Assembly: GCA_030679985.1 (NCBI GenBank)
Contig: JAUXSI010000028.1
Coordinates: 1 to 61,738, forward strand
Length of the DNA: 61,738 nt
Source: Candidatus Moraniibacteriota bacterium
Lineage (GTDB): Bacteria > Patescibacteriota > Minisyncoccia > Moranbacterales > UBA2206
Direction of reading: 5' to 3'
Shown: positions 1-9,528 of the stretch, one piece after another
Layout of the letters: the number at the start of each line of letters is the position of its first letter
How positions within the stretch are numbered: the first letter of the stretch is position 1
Made by a program: the position numbers and the translations under genes
The notes under the pieces: model-generated
What the model was told of the DNA's origin: nothing
The model's database searches: none
What the model saw: only the letters and a program-made list of their open reading frames with translations

Positions 1-174
1 GGAGATAGTGGTACCAGCGCCAGCCGCACTCATCGACAAACCAGCCAAAGCAGAAAAGCTTGCCGCATCGCCAAGAGATGGCGCCGTAGCTGCATGTGCG
101 GTATTTGAATTAACCGAAACAAGTGAAGTTACGATAGCCACCATAGCTATTGAATACAGGCTGGGCTTTTGCAT
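1..174 (-). CDS. Secreted protein, N-terminal fragment (ice-binding-like/DUF3494-type N-terminus); rest lies outside the window
   Basis: ATG at 174..172, open to position 1 (58 codons, below the ORF-track cutoff). Translation: MQKPSLYSIAMVAIVTSLVSVNSNTAHAATAPSLGDAASFSALAGLSMSAAGAGTTIS. This is a signal peptide followed by an LGxAxxFxxLAG-type motif. Confidence 0.45.
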   Translation of the reverse strand, partial: MQKPSLYSIAMVAIVTSLVSVNSNTAHAATAPSLGDAASFSALAGLSMSAAGAGTTIS

Positions 175-245
175 ATTTTTATTTATTATAATTTAAAAGA
201 CTTCGCTATTCTGTCCATATGGCCTATTTTCTTCGGGTAGTCTAC

Positions 246-656
246 CTATCTTGTTTTTAATCTCCTAACGGCCGGCTTTTTGGCTGTTTTAGCTAAATGA
301 GATGCATCCTTAACCACCTCTTGTTTTGCGGCAATAGCCAATTTACTCATTGATTTCCAATGTTTTTTGAGATCAGCTGCCAGTTCATCAATCTCCGGCT
401 GGCTGGCTTTTTTCCCTTGTTTATATTCCTTAGCTACCATATCAATAATTTCTTGATACACCGGTTCTGTGATTTCACGCGCCATTTCCAGTTTTTCTAC
501 GACCTCACCTTTCATTTTGATCGCCCAGGCCTTGGCTTGTTTTTGATGCTTCTTGCCTTTTGGTCCGAAGAAAAAATAGGCTGTCGCTGCCAGCCCGGCC
601 AGGCTCGCTCCAATTACTGCCAATTTAACCACTTTTGTTTTTTTCGCTTTTTGCAT
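246..656 (-). CDS. Membrane-anchored, Lys-rich helical protein (YtxH-like), function unknown
   Basis: 136-aa ORF with an N-terminal TM segment (VVKLAVIGASLAGLAATAYFFF) followed by charged helical sequence. Confidence 0.6.
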   Translation of the reverse strand: MQKAKKTKVVKLAVIGASLAGLAATAYFFFGPKGKKHQKQAKAWAIKMKGEVVEKLEMAREITEPVYQEIIDMVAKEYKQGKKASQPEIDELAADLKKHWKSMSKLAIAAKQEVVKDASHLAKTAKKPAVRRLKTR

Positions 657-755
657 AACGATTAGGCTTAAAAAAATTATTTTTTATATTTATAACTTAC
701 GCATTCTGACTTTGGTAGCAGTATTTTAAGAAAATCCCGTTTGATATCTTTATTT

Positions 756-1016
756 CTAGCCTTTTTTTGCATTGCGTCTTTTTCGTGCTGGCGGAAAAAA
801 CATCCGAAACAGCATATTGTCCGCTAATCGCTCTTTGAGATCGAGCACGAATTCTTCCGACTCCGCAAAATGATTTTGCAATTTTTCCGAAATCAAATAC
901 AAATTTTTTCCAGCCTTGATAAAATAAAACAGCGCCACAGAAAATAGCGCCGTCAATACCACTGTTGCGATAGAAGAAATAAAGAAAAAAATGTCAGCTT
1001 TTAAAAGTGTTTCCAT
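756..1016 (-). CDS. Small membrane protein, hypothetical
   Basis: 86-aa ORF with one clear TM helix (IFFFISSIATVVLTALFSVALFYFI). No recognisable family. Confidence 0.5.
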   Translation of the reverse strand: METLLKADIFFFISSIATVVLTALFSVALFYFIKAGKNLYLISEKLQNHFAESEEFVLDLKERLADNMLFRMFFPPARKRRNAKKG

Positions 1017-1102
1017 ACATATAACATACCATATTAATCCAGCTTGTCAAAGCGATTTAATCAAAAAAGTGCGTATCAAAAAAAACGTATCAAAAAAATG
1101 AT

Positions 1103-1363
1103 TTATTTTTTCTTTTTTCCTTCATCTTTCTTAGCGGAAGATTCTTCGTCTATTTTCAGGATATATACGCTGATAAAGACCAGGAGTATTGTTATGACAA
1201 TCGCATAAATGAATTTGGCGATCATCCCGCCAGTGCTCATCGGAAAGAATCTCTCGATTAAAGCCTTGATGGCTTCATTCCAAGCCAGACCGGCCACCAG
1301 TCCGAAAGCGGTGGTGATATAACTGAATGATTTATTGCGCAGCTCTTCTTTGAATTTTTGCAT
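1103..1363 (-). CDS. Small two-TM membrane protein (DUF5654-like), hypothetical
   Basis: 86-aa ORF with two hydrophobic helices and a Lys-rich C-terminal tail. Confidence 0.55.
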   Translation of the reverse strand: MQKFKEELRNKSFSYITTAFGLVAGLAWNEAIKALIERFFPMSTGGMIAKFIYAIVITILLVFISVYILKIDEESSAKKDEGKKKK

Positions 1364-1458
1364 AATTTTTTTATTGCTGGCTATCTATGGTTTTAAATTA
1401 TAGCAGAAAAGGTGGAATAAAAAAACTACCCGTGAGGATAGCTTTCTTATACTGAAGA

Positions 1459-3243
1459 TTATTGTTTCCGTTCGTGCCTCCGTCTCTCCACTTCGGTCAA
1501 ATACTGCTTTCTCAAGCGGACTGATTTCGGAGTGATTTCCAAATATTCATCGGCACCCATAATTTCCAAGCCGATTTCGATAGAAATTTCATGATGCGGC
1601 ACCAACTGCAAAGCTTCATCCGCGCCGGAAGAACGCATATTGGACAATTGCTTGCCTTTGGTCGGATTGACCGCCATATCCAAACCTTTGGACGTGTCGC
1701 CGATGACCATCCCTTCGTAGACTTCCGTAGCCGGTGCGATATACAATGATCCCCTGTCTTGCAAATTGGCCAAAGAAAATCCCAAGGCTTTGCCGCTGGT
1801 CATCGAAACCATCGCGCCAGCCGATCTTCTTTGGATTTCCCCGGCAAATGGCCGGAAGCCGATGACCCGGGAAGACATAATGCCTTCACCCTTAGTGTCG
1901 ATCACGAACTCACCGCGATAACCCAGAAGTCCGCGGGTCGGACCTTCGAATATCAGTCGGCTCTGGCCGTTGGTCTGTTTCATATTGGTCATAATCGATT
2001 TTCGCCGACCCATCTTTTCAATGATCGTTCCAGCGGAAACATCCGGCACGTCGATCGTCACTTCCTCAAAAGGCTCTGATTTTATTCCGTCAATTTCCTT
2101 GATGATGACTTGCGGCTGGGACACTTGCAGTTCATAACCTTCGCGGCGCATATTTTCCAGCAAAATCGCGATGTGCAATTCGCCGCGGCCATAGACCTTG
2201 TAGTGATCGCCTTCAAAATCGATATGCAAACCGACGTTGATTTCCAATTCCTTTTCCAGTCTCTCGCGGATCTGCTTGTTGGTCACGAACTTCCCTTCCC
2301 GTCCGGCGAACGGCGAATCATTAACGATGAAGTTCAGGGAGATGGTCGGCTCGTCGATATGGATGGCCGGCAAGGCTTCCTGCTCGGGATTCTCACAAAC
2401 CGTTTCCCCGATAAAAATATCCGCCAAGCCCGCGATCATCACGATGTCGCCGGCTACGGCCTCTTTGACTTCTTTGCGTTCGGTGCCATGGAAAGTATAC
2501 AGCTTGGTAATCCGGCCGGTCCGGGTTTCACCGGTCGGCTTTTTGGCTACCACGGATTGACCGTCTTTCAAGGTCCCTTCGTAGATACGTCCCACCGCCA
2601 TCCGGCCCAAAAAATTGTCATAACCTAGATTGAAAGCCTGCATCCGAAGCGGAGCGGCTACGTCGCCATCGGCGTGCTTGACTTTGGCGATGATGGTTTC
2701 CAGAAGCGGGGTCAGGTCATGACCCTCGTCGTCCATATGCAGTTTCGCGATACCTTCGCGTCCGATCGCATACACTACCGGAAAATCCAGCTGCTCATCA
2801 TTGGCGCCCAGATCCAAAAACAATTCGAAGACCTCTTCCTGCACGATGTCAGGTTGCGCCGCCGGTTTGTCGATCTTATTGATGACCACGATCGGTTTGA
2901 GCCCCAGCTCCAAAGATTTTTTCAAGACGAATCTGGTTTGCGGCATCGGCCCCTCTTGCGCATCCACGACCAAAACCACCGAGTCGATCGAACGCAATAC
3001 GCGCTCGACTTCCGAACCGAAGTCGGCATGGCCCGGCGTGTCCACGATATTGATTTTCGTATCCTTGTAAAAAATCGAAGTGTTTTTGGCATAAATCGTG
3101 ATGCCACGCTCCTTTTCCAAGGTGTTGGAGTCCATACTGACGGACTCGTCGGTCACCATCCCGGTCTGGCGCAAAATAGCGTCAGTCAAGGTGGTTTTGC
3201 CATGATCCACATGGGCGATAATCGCGATATTTCTGATTTCCAT
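1459..3243 (-). CDS. typA: Translational GTPase TypA/BipA
   Basis: 594 aa. N-terminus is [21 protein letters not shown] (G1 motif), followed by DTPGHADF (G3) and NKID (G4). Length and C-terminal domain are typical of BipA. Confidence 0.95.
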   Translation of the reverse strand: MEIRNIAIIAHVDHGKTTLTDAILRQTGMVTDESVSMDSNTLEKERGITIYAKNTSIFYKDTKINIVDTPGHADFGSEVERVLRSIDSVVLVVDAQEGPMPQTRFVLKKSLELGLKPIVVINKIDKPAAQPDIVQEEVFELFLDLGANDEQLDFPVVYAIGREGIAKLHMDDEGHDLTPLLETIIAKVKHADGDVAAPLRMQAFNLGYDNFLGRMAVGRIYEGTLKDGQSVVAKKPTGETRTGRITKLYTFHGTERKEVKEAVAGDIVMIAGLADIFIGETVCENPEQEALPAIHIDEPTISLNFIVNDSPFAGREGKFVTNKQIRERLEKELEINVGLHIDFEGDHYKVYGRGELHIAILLENMRREGYELQVSQPQVIIKEIDGIKSEPFEEVTIDVPDVSAGTIIEKMGRRKSIMTNMKQTNGQSRLIFEGPTRGLLGYRGEFVIDTKGEGIMSSRVIGFRPFAGEIQRRSAGAMVSMTSGKALGFSLANLQDRGSLYIAPATEVYEGMVIGDTSKGLDMAVNPTKGKQLSNMRSSGADEALQLVPHHEISIEIGLEIMGADEYLEITPKSVRLRKQYLTEVERRRHERKQ

Positions 3244-3249
3244 AGTTCT

Positions 3250-3410
3250 GCAAATTACAAATATTTTACAAATTTACAAATGTACAAATATTTTTCATTA
3301 TTTAATATACTTTTTAAAAACCTGCTTCGTCTCCGCTCTAAGGAATTAAGTGAAAATTTACAAATACAATTTGTATATTCGTAAATTCGTACTTGATTCA
3401 TAATTCGTAG
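3250..3410. repeat. Two opposed arrays of AT-rich heptamers in the typA 5' region
   Basis: TACAAAT at 3256, 3267, 3275, 3283 and 3359. ATTCGTA at 3377, 3385 and 3403, and ATTCATA at 3396. Palindrome ATACAA-T-TTGTAT at 3364-3376. The proximal block ends about 10 nt upstream of the typA ATG. Confidence 0.6.
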
Positions 3411-3491
3411 AAATTAAAAAACTGCCGTTAACCAGCAGAAACAAGTTGATCTACTTCAAAAAGTATAGCTTTTTCTTGGAATTTTGTCAAT

Positions 3492-3790
3492 AAAAAAGCT
3501 GAGGATTGGGCCCGGAAGTGAATGAGGGACACTTCCTGAAGGCGGATAATATCCGCCCAATCCTCAGCAAACCCTTGATTATGCCAGCCCATTGAATGAA
3601 CGCCGGGTTTAACGTTCAGTGGCTGATGCGCCTAGCGTCGCAACCGTCCCAAGGAAAGGCCTCAGGCTTCTCCCAATGCCTACGCACAGCCGGCATTCCT
3701 TAGGAAAATCCCATACCGGATGGGAGCGCGCCAGCGAGCAATATCGCCTGAAAAGGCAATCCGCAAGCTCGCCATTTACAATCTAGCATA
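3492..3790 (-). ncRNA. Candidate structured non-coding RNA, class unassigned
   Basis: GC-rich block inside a 620-nt non-coding gap with no credible ORF. Stems (plus-strand coordinates): 3498-3511/3555-3568 enclosing 3514-3520/3530-3536 and 3541-3547/3551-3557; 3675-3680/3692-3697; 3709-3714/3720-3725; 3734-3739/3767-3772 enclosing 3743-3748/3755-3760. The last stem has a G-U pair only on the minus strand. The terminal hairpin is followed by a U-run on the minus strand (3491-3497). Confidence 0.35.
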
Positions 3791-3810
3791 CGGCTCCGAA
3801 AAAGCAAATC

Positions 3811-3853
3811 AAAAAGCAGCCTGTGGACGACTGCTTTGGACGGCTGTTTTTTT
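3811..3853. terminator. Bidirectional intrinsic-terminator-like hairpin
   Basis: CAGCC (3817-3821) pairs with GGCTG (3842-3846), flanked by an A-run (3811-3815) and a T-run (3847-3853). It lies directly downstream of the 3866..4066 gene. Confidence 0.5.
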
Positions 3854-3865
3854 GCTTTCCGGCGA

Positions 3866-4066
3866 TTATTTTTTCCGGCCAGTATCAATTCCGAAAACCT
3901 TATACAGCGCGCAAAAACCGGTAATAGCGGTCAGGATTAAAACCACACCGACCGCATAGAGTGTCGCCGTAAATCCGTTAGCTTCCAACAGGAAGGCTGC
4001 CGCGACTAATGCGATTCCCACAACCGCCCGGATAATCCGGTCGGCTCCGCTTTCGTTTTTTACCAT
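3866..4066 (-). CDS. DUF2892 (YgaP-like) small membrane protein
   Basis: 66 aa: MVKNESGADRIIRAVVGIALVAAAFLL...FCALYKVFGI. This is the DRxIRxxxG start plus two TM helices typical of the family. Confidence 0.75.
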   Translation of the reverse strand: MVKNESGADRIIRAVVGIALVAAAFLLEANGFTATLYAVGVVLILTAITGFCALYKVFGIDTGRKK

Positions 4067-4082
4067 ATTTTTAAAAAATCAC

Positions 4083-4460
4083 TTATTTTTCTTCTTCGGT
4101 TTTGATTTCATTGGTCTTTTTGAATTTGACCACGTACGTCGGCTCGTATTTGTTACTGAATTCATCCACCACTTCGACTGTTTTGCCGTCCATCAAGGTC
4201 GTCATCGCGATGTCGTTCAAAAGTTCTTCATTAGCCGCCACCTCGCTTTTGAGATCCTCGTATTTCTCATAGGACTTGCCCATCGCGTTCTGCACCCGGG
4301 TTTCGATCTGCTTCTTCTTGTCACGCAGCTCCTTGGATTTTTCCACGATTTCGGTATAGTCATCGGTCTGCGCCAGCGCATCCTTATACATCTCGCGGAT
4401 GCCCTTCATTTCTTTTTTCATCTCGCGGATCTCATTGAATACGGTTTGCATGTCTTGCAT
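4083..4460 (-). CDS. Coiled-coil protein, hypothetical
   Basis: 125-aa ORF, highly charged (E/K-rich) with heptad character and no TM segment. Confidence 0.6.
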   Translation of the reverse strand: MQDMQTVFNEIREMKKEMKGIREMYKDALAQTDDYTEIVEKSKELRDKKKQIETRVQNAMGKSYEKYEDLKSEVAANEELLNDIAMTTLMDGKTVEVVDEFSNKYEPTYVVKFKKTNEIKTEEEK

Positions 4461-4544
4461 AGTAAATATGTTTTTAATAAATTAGCATTGCTTAAGCTTA
4501 TCATATTCCTGAGCTTAAGAAAATACCTTAATCCTAATTTCCGG

Positions 4545-5762
4545 CTATTCATACCGCAACGCGTCTATCGGACTCATCGCCGCGGCTTTGCGGGCCGGAT
4601 AGAAGCCGAAGATTATACCTACCGCCGCGGAAACGCCGAAGGCCAGCAAGATTGAAGACAGTGAAACCTCCGCCTCCAGATTTATGATATTGGAAATCAC
4701 CCAAGAAGCGATCCAGCCCAACAATATCCCCATAGCTCCGCCCAGAAAAGTCAGGACGATGGCTTCCGCCAGAAATTGCAGGTTGATATAGATTTTGCGG
4801 ATACCGACCGCTTTGCGCAGTCCGATTTCGCGCGTCCGTTCCGTGACGGTCGTCAGCATCATATTCATAATCCCGATCCCTCCCACCAAAAGCGAGATGC
4901 CGGCAATCGAAGACAGCAAGACCGTAAATGTGCCGGTGATGCTGGACGCGGTCGCCACGATATCTGATTGGTTTATGGTGCTGAAATCAGCCTGGGCCGG
5001 ATCGGTTATCTTATGGCGCGCCAAAAGCAGATCAGTGATTTGTTGCTGGGCGGACGCGATGGAATTTTGGTCGGAAGCCGCCACGCTGATCGAAGAGACA
5101 TATTCATCCCCCGACAAAAAATGCTGGGCGGAAGTCAGCGGGATATAAATTGAGTCATCCGGATTGGAAAATCCCGAACCGCCCTTGGAGAGCATCACGC
5201 CGACGACTTCGAAATCGATATTCTGGATGCGGATGGACTTGCCGATCGGATCGACATCCGCGCCGAACAAATCATCCCGCGCCGTCGAACCCAAAACCGC
5301 GACCTTGGCTGATGTCTTGACTTGCTGTTCGGTCACGAATGTCCCGGAATCGATACTGATATTGCGCACTGCCGGATATGCCGGTACGGTCCCGATGATT
5401 TGCGTATTGGTATTGTTGCTTTTGGCAGTCACCTGGTACCGCCGGGAAACTTCCGGCGCCACGCCCTGCAGGTCCGTTATTCCGGCGGCAATCGCGTTAG
5501 CGTCTTCAAAAGTCAACGTCTGCGCGCTGCCCCGCCCGCCGCTCAAACCGCTGCCGCTTCTTTGGGCGCCGGGTGAAATCACGATCAAATTCGAACCGAT
5601 CGCCTGGATATTGGCCTCGATCGAATTCTGCGCGCCTTGCCCGATCGCCACCAAGGCAATCACCGAAGCGATGCCGATTATGATACCCAGCATCGTCAAA
5701 CCGGACCGGACCTTGTTGCCGGCCAGCGACCAGATAGTTTCTTTGAATAAATCCCTGAACAT
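4545..5762 (-). CDS. ABC transporter permease, MacB/FtsX family
   Basis: 405 aa. N-terminal TM helix, a large extracytoplasmic domain, then three C-terminal TM helices (FtsX fold). Follows the ATPase gene. Confidence 0.9.
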   Translation of the reverse strand: MFRDLFKETIWSLAGNKVRSGLTMLGIIIGIASVIALVAIGQGAQNSIEANIQAIGSNLIVISPGAQRSGSGLSGGRGSAQTLTFEDANAIAAGITDLQGVAPEVSRRYQVTAKSNNTNTQIIGTVPAYPAVRNISIDSGTFVTEQQVKTSAKVAVLGSTARDDLFGADVDPIGKSIRIQNIDFEVVGVMLSKGGSGFSNPDDSIYIPLTSAQHFLSGDEYVSSISVAASDQNSIASAQQQITDLLLARHKITDPAQADFSTINQSDIVATASSITGTFTVLLSSIAGISLLVGGIGIMNMMLTTVTERTREIGLRKAVGIRKIYINLQFLAEAIVLTFLGGAMGILLGWIASWVISNIINLEAEVSLSSILLAFGVSAAVGIIFGFYPARKAAAMSPIDALRYE

Positions 5763-5836
5763 ATTTTTTACAGCTAACGGTTGAAATATTTTTTTATCAG
5801 CAAACCTTCTTTATCGCACGGATTATCAATAATCAC

Positions 5837-6526
5837 TTATGCATTATGACCGACTTTCACATCAGACTCGATCAATCCGTCACGGACCGAGATTATACGG
5901 TCCGTCAGGTCGGCGATTTCTTTTTCGTGGGTGATGATTATGATCGTGTGTCCCTTGCTGTTGAGTTCGCGCAAGGTCTCCATCACGATATGGCTGGTTT
6001 TCGTATCCAAGTTTCCCGTCGGCTCATCCGCCAAAATAATTGAAGGATTGTTAATGAGCGAACGGGCGATGGCTACGCGCTGCATTTGGCCGCCTGATAA
6101 CTGATTGGAAAGGTTATGGAACTTGTTTTCCTCCATCCCGGCGTAACGCAAGCATTTTCTGGCCCGCTCCTCCCGCTCTTTCGGGGATATGTTCGAATAT
6201 ACCAGGGGCAACATCACATTGCGCAAGACCGTGGCCCGCGGCAATAGATTGAAAGCCTGGAAAACGAACCCGATCTTGTTTCGGCGCAAATCCGACAATT
6301 CATCGTCATCCAACTGGGAAACTTCCGCGCCGTCCAAAAAATACTGTCCGCCGGTCGGCGAATCCAACGCGCCCAAAATGTGCATCAAAGTGGATTTTCC
6401 GGAACCGGACGGACCGATGATGGACACGAACTCGCCTTTTTCGATCCTGAAGGAAACGCCCCTCAAAGCGGTCGTTTCCACATCGCCGTTGCGATAAATT
6501 TTTACTAAATCTCTACACTCAATCAT
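5837..6526 (-). CDS. ABC transporter ATP-binding protein (MacB/LolD-like)
   Basis: 229 aa with Walker A GPSGSGKST, signature LSGGQMQR and Walker B ILADEPTGNLD. Confidence 0.95.
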   Translation of the reverse strand: MIECRDLVKIYRNGDVETTALRGVSFRIEKGEFVSIIGPSGSGKSTLMHILGALDSPTGGQYFLDGAEVSQLDDDELSDLRRNKIGFVFQAFNLLPRATVLRNVMLPLVYSNISPKEREERARKCLRYAGMEENKFHNLSNQLSGGQMQRVAIARSLINNPSIILADEPTGNLDTKTSHIVMETLRELNSKGHTIIIITHEKEIADLTDRIISVRDGLIESDVKVGHNA

Positions 6527-6671
6527 ATTTATTAAGCACTAAACTCTAAATTACAAATCCTAAACAAATTCCAAATCATAAATTTAAAAACTAAAACTAT
6601 TTTTTAATTTATTATTTTGGTCATTATAATTTGTTTAGGATTTGAGATTTTAAATTTTGGATTTCCAATAT

Positions 6672-7763
6672 TTATCCTCCGAGCCTGCTGCCGCCCAGTC
6701 CCGGCAATCTGATGCCGCTGCTGTTCCCTCCCGAGGTCGCCGTGCCGGACGCATCCGCATTGATGGTCTGGATGACAACGATATCACCGACATCCAATCC
6801 GCCGGTTATTTCCGTTTCTGAATTATTAGTCAGGCCGATTTCGACCGGCACTTGCCGCGGAGTCGTCCCGTCGTCCAGCGTCTCGACATAATTGCTGCCA
6901 TTCCGCGTTCTTATGGCGCTGTTGGGCACGGTGATGACATCCTGTTTGGCACCCGTGATGACGGAAGCGGAAACGCTCATCCCCGGCTTCAGCAACTCAT
7001 TCTGGTTATCAAAAGAAATTTCAGCGTCATAGGAAACGACATTCTGACTCGTCTGGCCGATCGTATCGATCTTGGCCACTTTACCGGTGATCGTCGCGTC
7101 GGAAAGCGCGCTTATTTTTATCGTGACCTTATTGCCGACCTTCACTTGGGCGGCATCAATCTCATTGATGGAAACCCTGGCCTGGACATCCTTGGTGATG
7201 ACCGAAGCCAGCACATCCGAACGGGAAACCGAATCCCCCGCTTCGACGCTGAGCCCGGTGACGATTCCGTCAAAAGGCGCCCGGATATAATAATCATTTA
7301 ATTTTTCGCGCGCATCCGCCAAGGAGTTCCTGCTTTGTTCCAAAGATACCCGCTGTCCTTCCAGACTCAGTTTGTTTATCGATTCGTGATCAAAATCCCT
7401 CTTGGCCTGGGTGTATTTAGCCTTCGCGCTCTCCAGACCCAATTCCGCGTTCCGCACGGTTTTTTGCGCGTCTTCATTATCCAGCAGGGCGATCAGTTCG
7501 CCCTTTTTTACCGCCTGTTCATTTTTCACATAGACGCTTATGACATCGATCGCATCACCGGCCACGACCGGTTTCAAATCTACCTGACTTACCGCTTCCG
7601 CTTGTCCACTGCCAGAAACCGAAGTTATCAGATTCCCCTTTCCGACTACCACGGTCTTATACCGCACCGCTTCAACTTCCGGATGCGTCTTAGCGTACCA
7701 ATAATAGCTTCCCCCGGCTATCACCAGCGCGGCCACGATCCAAAGATAATGTTTTTTCGCCAT
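6672..7763 (-). CDS. Efflux transporter periplasmic adaptor (HlyD/MacA family)
   Basis: 363 aa with a signal anchor, a coiled-coil hairpin region and beta-barrel/lipoyl-like segments. First gene of the adaptor-ATPase-permease order. Confidence 0.88.
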   Translation of the reverse strand: MAKKHYLWIVAALVIAGGSYYWYAKTHPEVEAVRYKTVVVGKGNLITSVSGSGQAEAVSQVDLKPVVAGDAIDVISVYVKNEQAVKKGELIALLDNEDAQKTVRNAELGLESAKAKYTQAKRDFDHESINKLSLEGQRVSLEQSRNSLADAREKLNDYYIRAPFDGIVTGLSVEAGDSVSRSDVLASVITKDVQARVSINEIDAAQVKVGNKVTIKISALSDATITGKVAKIDTIGQTSQNVVSYDAEISFDNQNELLKPGMSVSASVITGAKQDVITVPNSAIRTRNGSNYVETLDDGTTPRQVPVEIGLTNNSETEITGGLDVGDIVVIQTINADASGTATSGGNSSGIRLPGLGGSRLGG

Positions 7764-7764
7764 A

Positions 7765-8286
7765 TCAGTTGGTTTGATTATTATTAAATACCCGGATCAA
7801 GCTGGCATTTATGACCCCACTATCATCAGGACTGCCCATAACCACGATCTGGTCATCCGCTTTCAAATCGCCCACCTTCAAATCGTCCTGGCGGGATTTT
7901 ATCAATGTCTTATCATTGACCGCGACAGTATATTCCTTATTATCTCTGTCTTTGACGATTATATTATTATCCGTGACGGAAATGACGGTTCCGGCCAACC
8001 CGTGGCCATTGCGCAAATCGCGTCCTTCCAATTGACGCATCATCTTATCGGGATATCTTGATCCATCAAAAAATCCAGGTCCGCCCATCGGCCCCGGTCC
8101 GCCGTCAAAGCGCGGCCCCATAAAATTGCGTTCATAATTCCGGCCGAAATCCGCCGAAAACCTAGCTTTGTGCAAACCGACTGCCACGCCGGTTCCGAAG
8201 CTGACAACTGCGACCAAAAATACGCCGACGACAGCGGCGATGGTTTTAAATGTTTTGGATCGGATGAATTCTTGCATATTTTTCAT
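7765..8286 (-). CDS. Membrane-anchored protein with DUF5666-like C-terminal beta domain, hypothetical
   Basis: 173 aa with an N-terminal TM helix, a Gly/Pro-rich linker and a C-terminal ...VISVTDNNIIVKD...VGDLKADDQIVVMG... region. Lies 1 nt upstream of the adaptor gene. Confidence 0.6.
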   Translation of the reverse strand: MKNMQEFIRSKTFKTIAAVVGVFLVAVVSFGTGVAVGLHKARFSADFGRNYERNFMGPRFDGGPGPMGGPGFFDGSRYPDKMMRQLEGRDLRNGHGLAGTVISVTDNNIIVKDRDNKEYTVAVNDKTLIKSRQDDLKVGDLKADDQIVVMGSPDDSGVINASLIRVFNNNQTN

Positions 8287-8300
8287 ATAATAATTACGCT

Positions 8301-8699
8301 TTAAATGTATTTATGCTTATGGTTAGCCTCCAGATATACGCTAAAAGAAAATAGCAGGACCGTTACTGGTGCCAAAATAGCGACCACGCTGACCGTCGGG
8401 AAAGTTTCCATCAAAGAATAAGCGAATTCGTTCCAGTTTTGCGCCACCACCCACATATCGGAAAAAGCCAAGGAAACCAGGTTCCAAAATTCCGATTGCC
8501 AAACCGCATCGCCAAAAACAAAAACAGCTGCCAAAAAAACCGCCATCGAAAATCCCAGTCCCAAACGGGAAACCAGCAATTTCCTTCTGACAGCCCTGTC
8601 TTTTTCCCTCGCCACAGCCTGAAAAATCCGGCCCTCAAGCTCGGAAGACGGATGAATTTCCGCCATATTACTAAAAATTTCGTGCAATTTGTAATCCAT
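8301..8699 (-). CDS. Small membrane protein, possible anti-sigma factor
   Basis: 132 aa with a cytoplasmic N-terminal segment followed by 2-3 TM helices. The architecture resembles membrane anti-sigma proteins that follow ECF sigma genes. No detectable motif. Confidence 0.45.
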   Translation of the reverse strand: MDYKLHEIFSNMAEIHPSSELEGRIFQAVAREKDRAVRRKLLVSRLGLGFSMAVFLAAVFVFGDAVWQSEFWNLVSLAFSDMWVVAQNWNEFAYSLMETFPTVSVVAILAPVTVLLFSFSVYLEANHKHKYI

Positions 8700-8831
8700 A
8701 TACTAATAATACGACCAACTCGCCTGAACGGACGCGCCTATTAAAAAAGACGTTTCTACTGATATAGGCACATCAGCTACGCCCTCTCGTATGCCTATAT
8801 ATAAAAAAATAATGATTTAAATTTTTATTTA

Positions 8832-8882
8832 TAAAGAAAAAGAAAACCGCTCATACAGACACGATTTTCTGTTGAGCGGTTT
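8832..8882 (-). terminator. Intrinsic terminator of the 8881..9528 gene
   Basis: AAACCGCTCA (8844-8853) pairs with TGAGCGGTTT (8873-8882), followed by a T-run on the minus strand. Confidence 0.6.
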
Positions 8883-9528
8883 AGGCCCTGAAGTCTACAA
8901 AGCCCCTAATCCTGCAGGCGAAGCATTTTTTATCAGCTGGGGCCGAGGTAGATATCTTATGAATATCCCAATCTCCTGCTCCATGACGCTTCAATCTCAG
9001 TACATATCTTTTCCCATCTGGACCTCTGAAGACTTGTCCAGCAAAAATAAATTCTGAGATTCCAACCTCGCCATATTCAAACTCGAGGCGAGATTTTTCT
9101 TTATGAACACCTACATCAATGATTAGAGACAGAGCTGTATTGAGGCCGAGAAGAACACGATTATCTACTGTTTTCAGAATAGATGTTCGTTGCTCTTCTA
9201 TTGTGTGACTTTCTTCCGAACACAAACTCATAAGATAGAGTTTGCTTTGTAGAAAAGGACGGGTATCTCTATCCTCCTCCCCCGAAAGACCATCACCATC
9301 AATAGGGCCTTTCCAGACAGTAAAACCCTTTCCGAGAAACTCACCATGGCCAGCGATATCACAAATGACCAATTGCTCATTTCTCATTTCTACCGCGTTG
9401 GAAAATAAAGCAATGGCCTCTTTAGGATGCTGGATGACCCATTGAGCATCTTCTGTGTTCAATGAATCAAGCTCACTCTGATGTTCAACTAATCTACCAA
9501 ACAATGTACTGATCTGTTTTGCGTTCAT
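8881..9528 (-). CDS. Hypothetical protein (orphan, island-borne)
   Basis: Start chosen at Met18 of the listed ORF (ATG 9528..9526), which is preceded by a strong SD (AAAGGAGGCAACA-ATG). 215 aa with no recognisable domain. Confidence 0.6.
   Translation of the reverse strand: MNAKQISTLFGRLVEHQSELDSLNTEDAQWVIQHPKEAIALFSNAVEMRNEQLVICDIAGHGEFLGKGFTVWKGPIDGDGLSGEEDRDTRPFLQSKLYLMSLCSEESHTIEEQRTSILKTVDNRVLLGLNTALSLIIDVGVHKEKSRLEFEYGEVGISEFIFAGQVFRGPDGKRYVLRLKRHGAGDWDIHKISTSAPADKKCFACRIRGFVDFRA

Noticed and set aside
8-196. 62-aa plus-strand ORF at the window start
   Set aside because: It lies antisense to a better-supported minus-strand start (signal peptide plus DUF3494-like motif, 174..1). It has no SD and a low-complexity translation.
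1759-3384. Several long plus-strand ORFs antisense to typA (for example 2110..2628 and 2674..3384). Similar antisense ORFs lie inside the ABC, RND, antiporter, ABC-F and metK genes.
   Set aside because: These are shadow ORFs inside strongly conserved genes on the opposite strand. Their translations are Arg/Gly/His-rich nonsense with no motifs.
3492-3855. RNase P RNA, tmRNA, SRP RNA, and cobalamin or TPP riboswitch as the identity of the structured region
   Set aside because: Only fragments resemble the conserved cores (GGAAAGGCC versus GAGGAAAGUCC; GCCACUG alone). There is no tRNA-like end or tag ORF for tmRNA. There is no GGAA-capped helix 8 for SRP RNA. The motif order and spacing are wrong for RNase P. 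The region is kept as an unclassified candidate.
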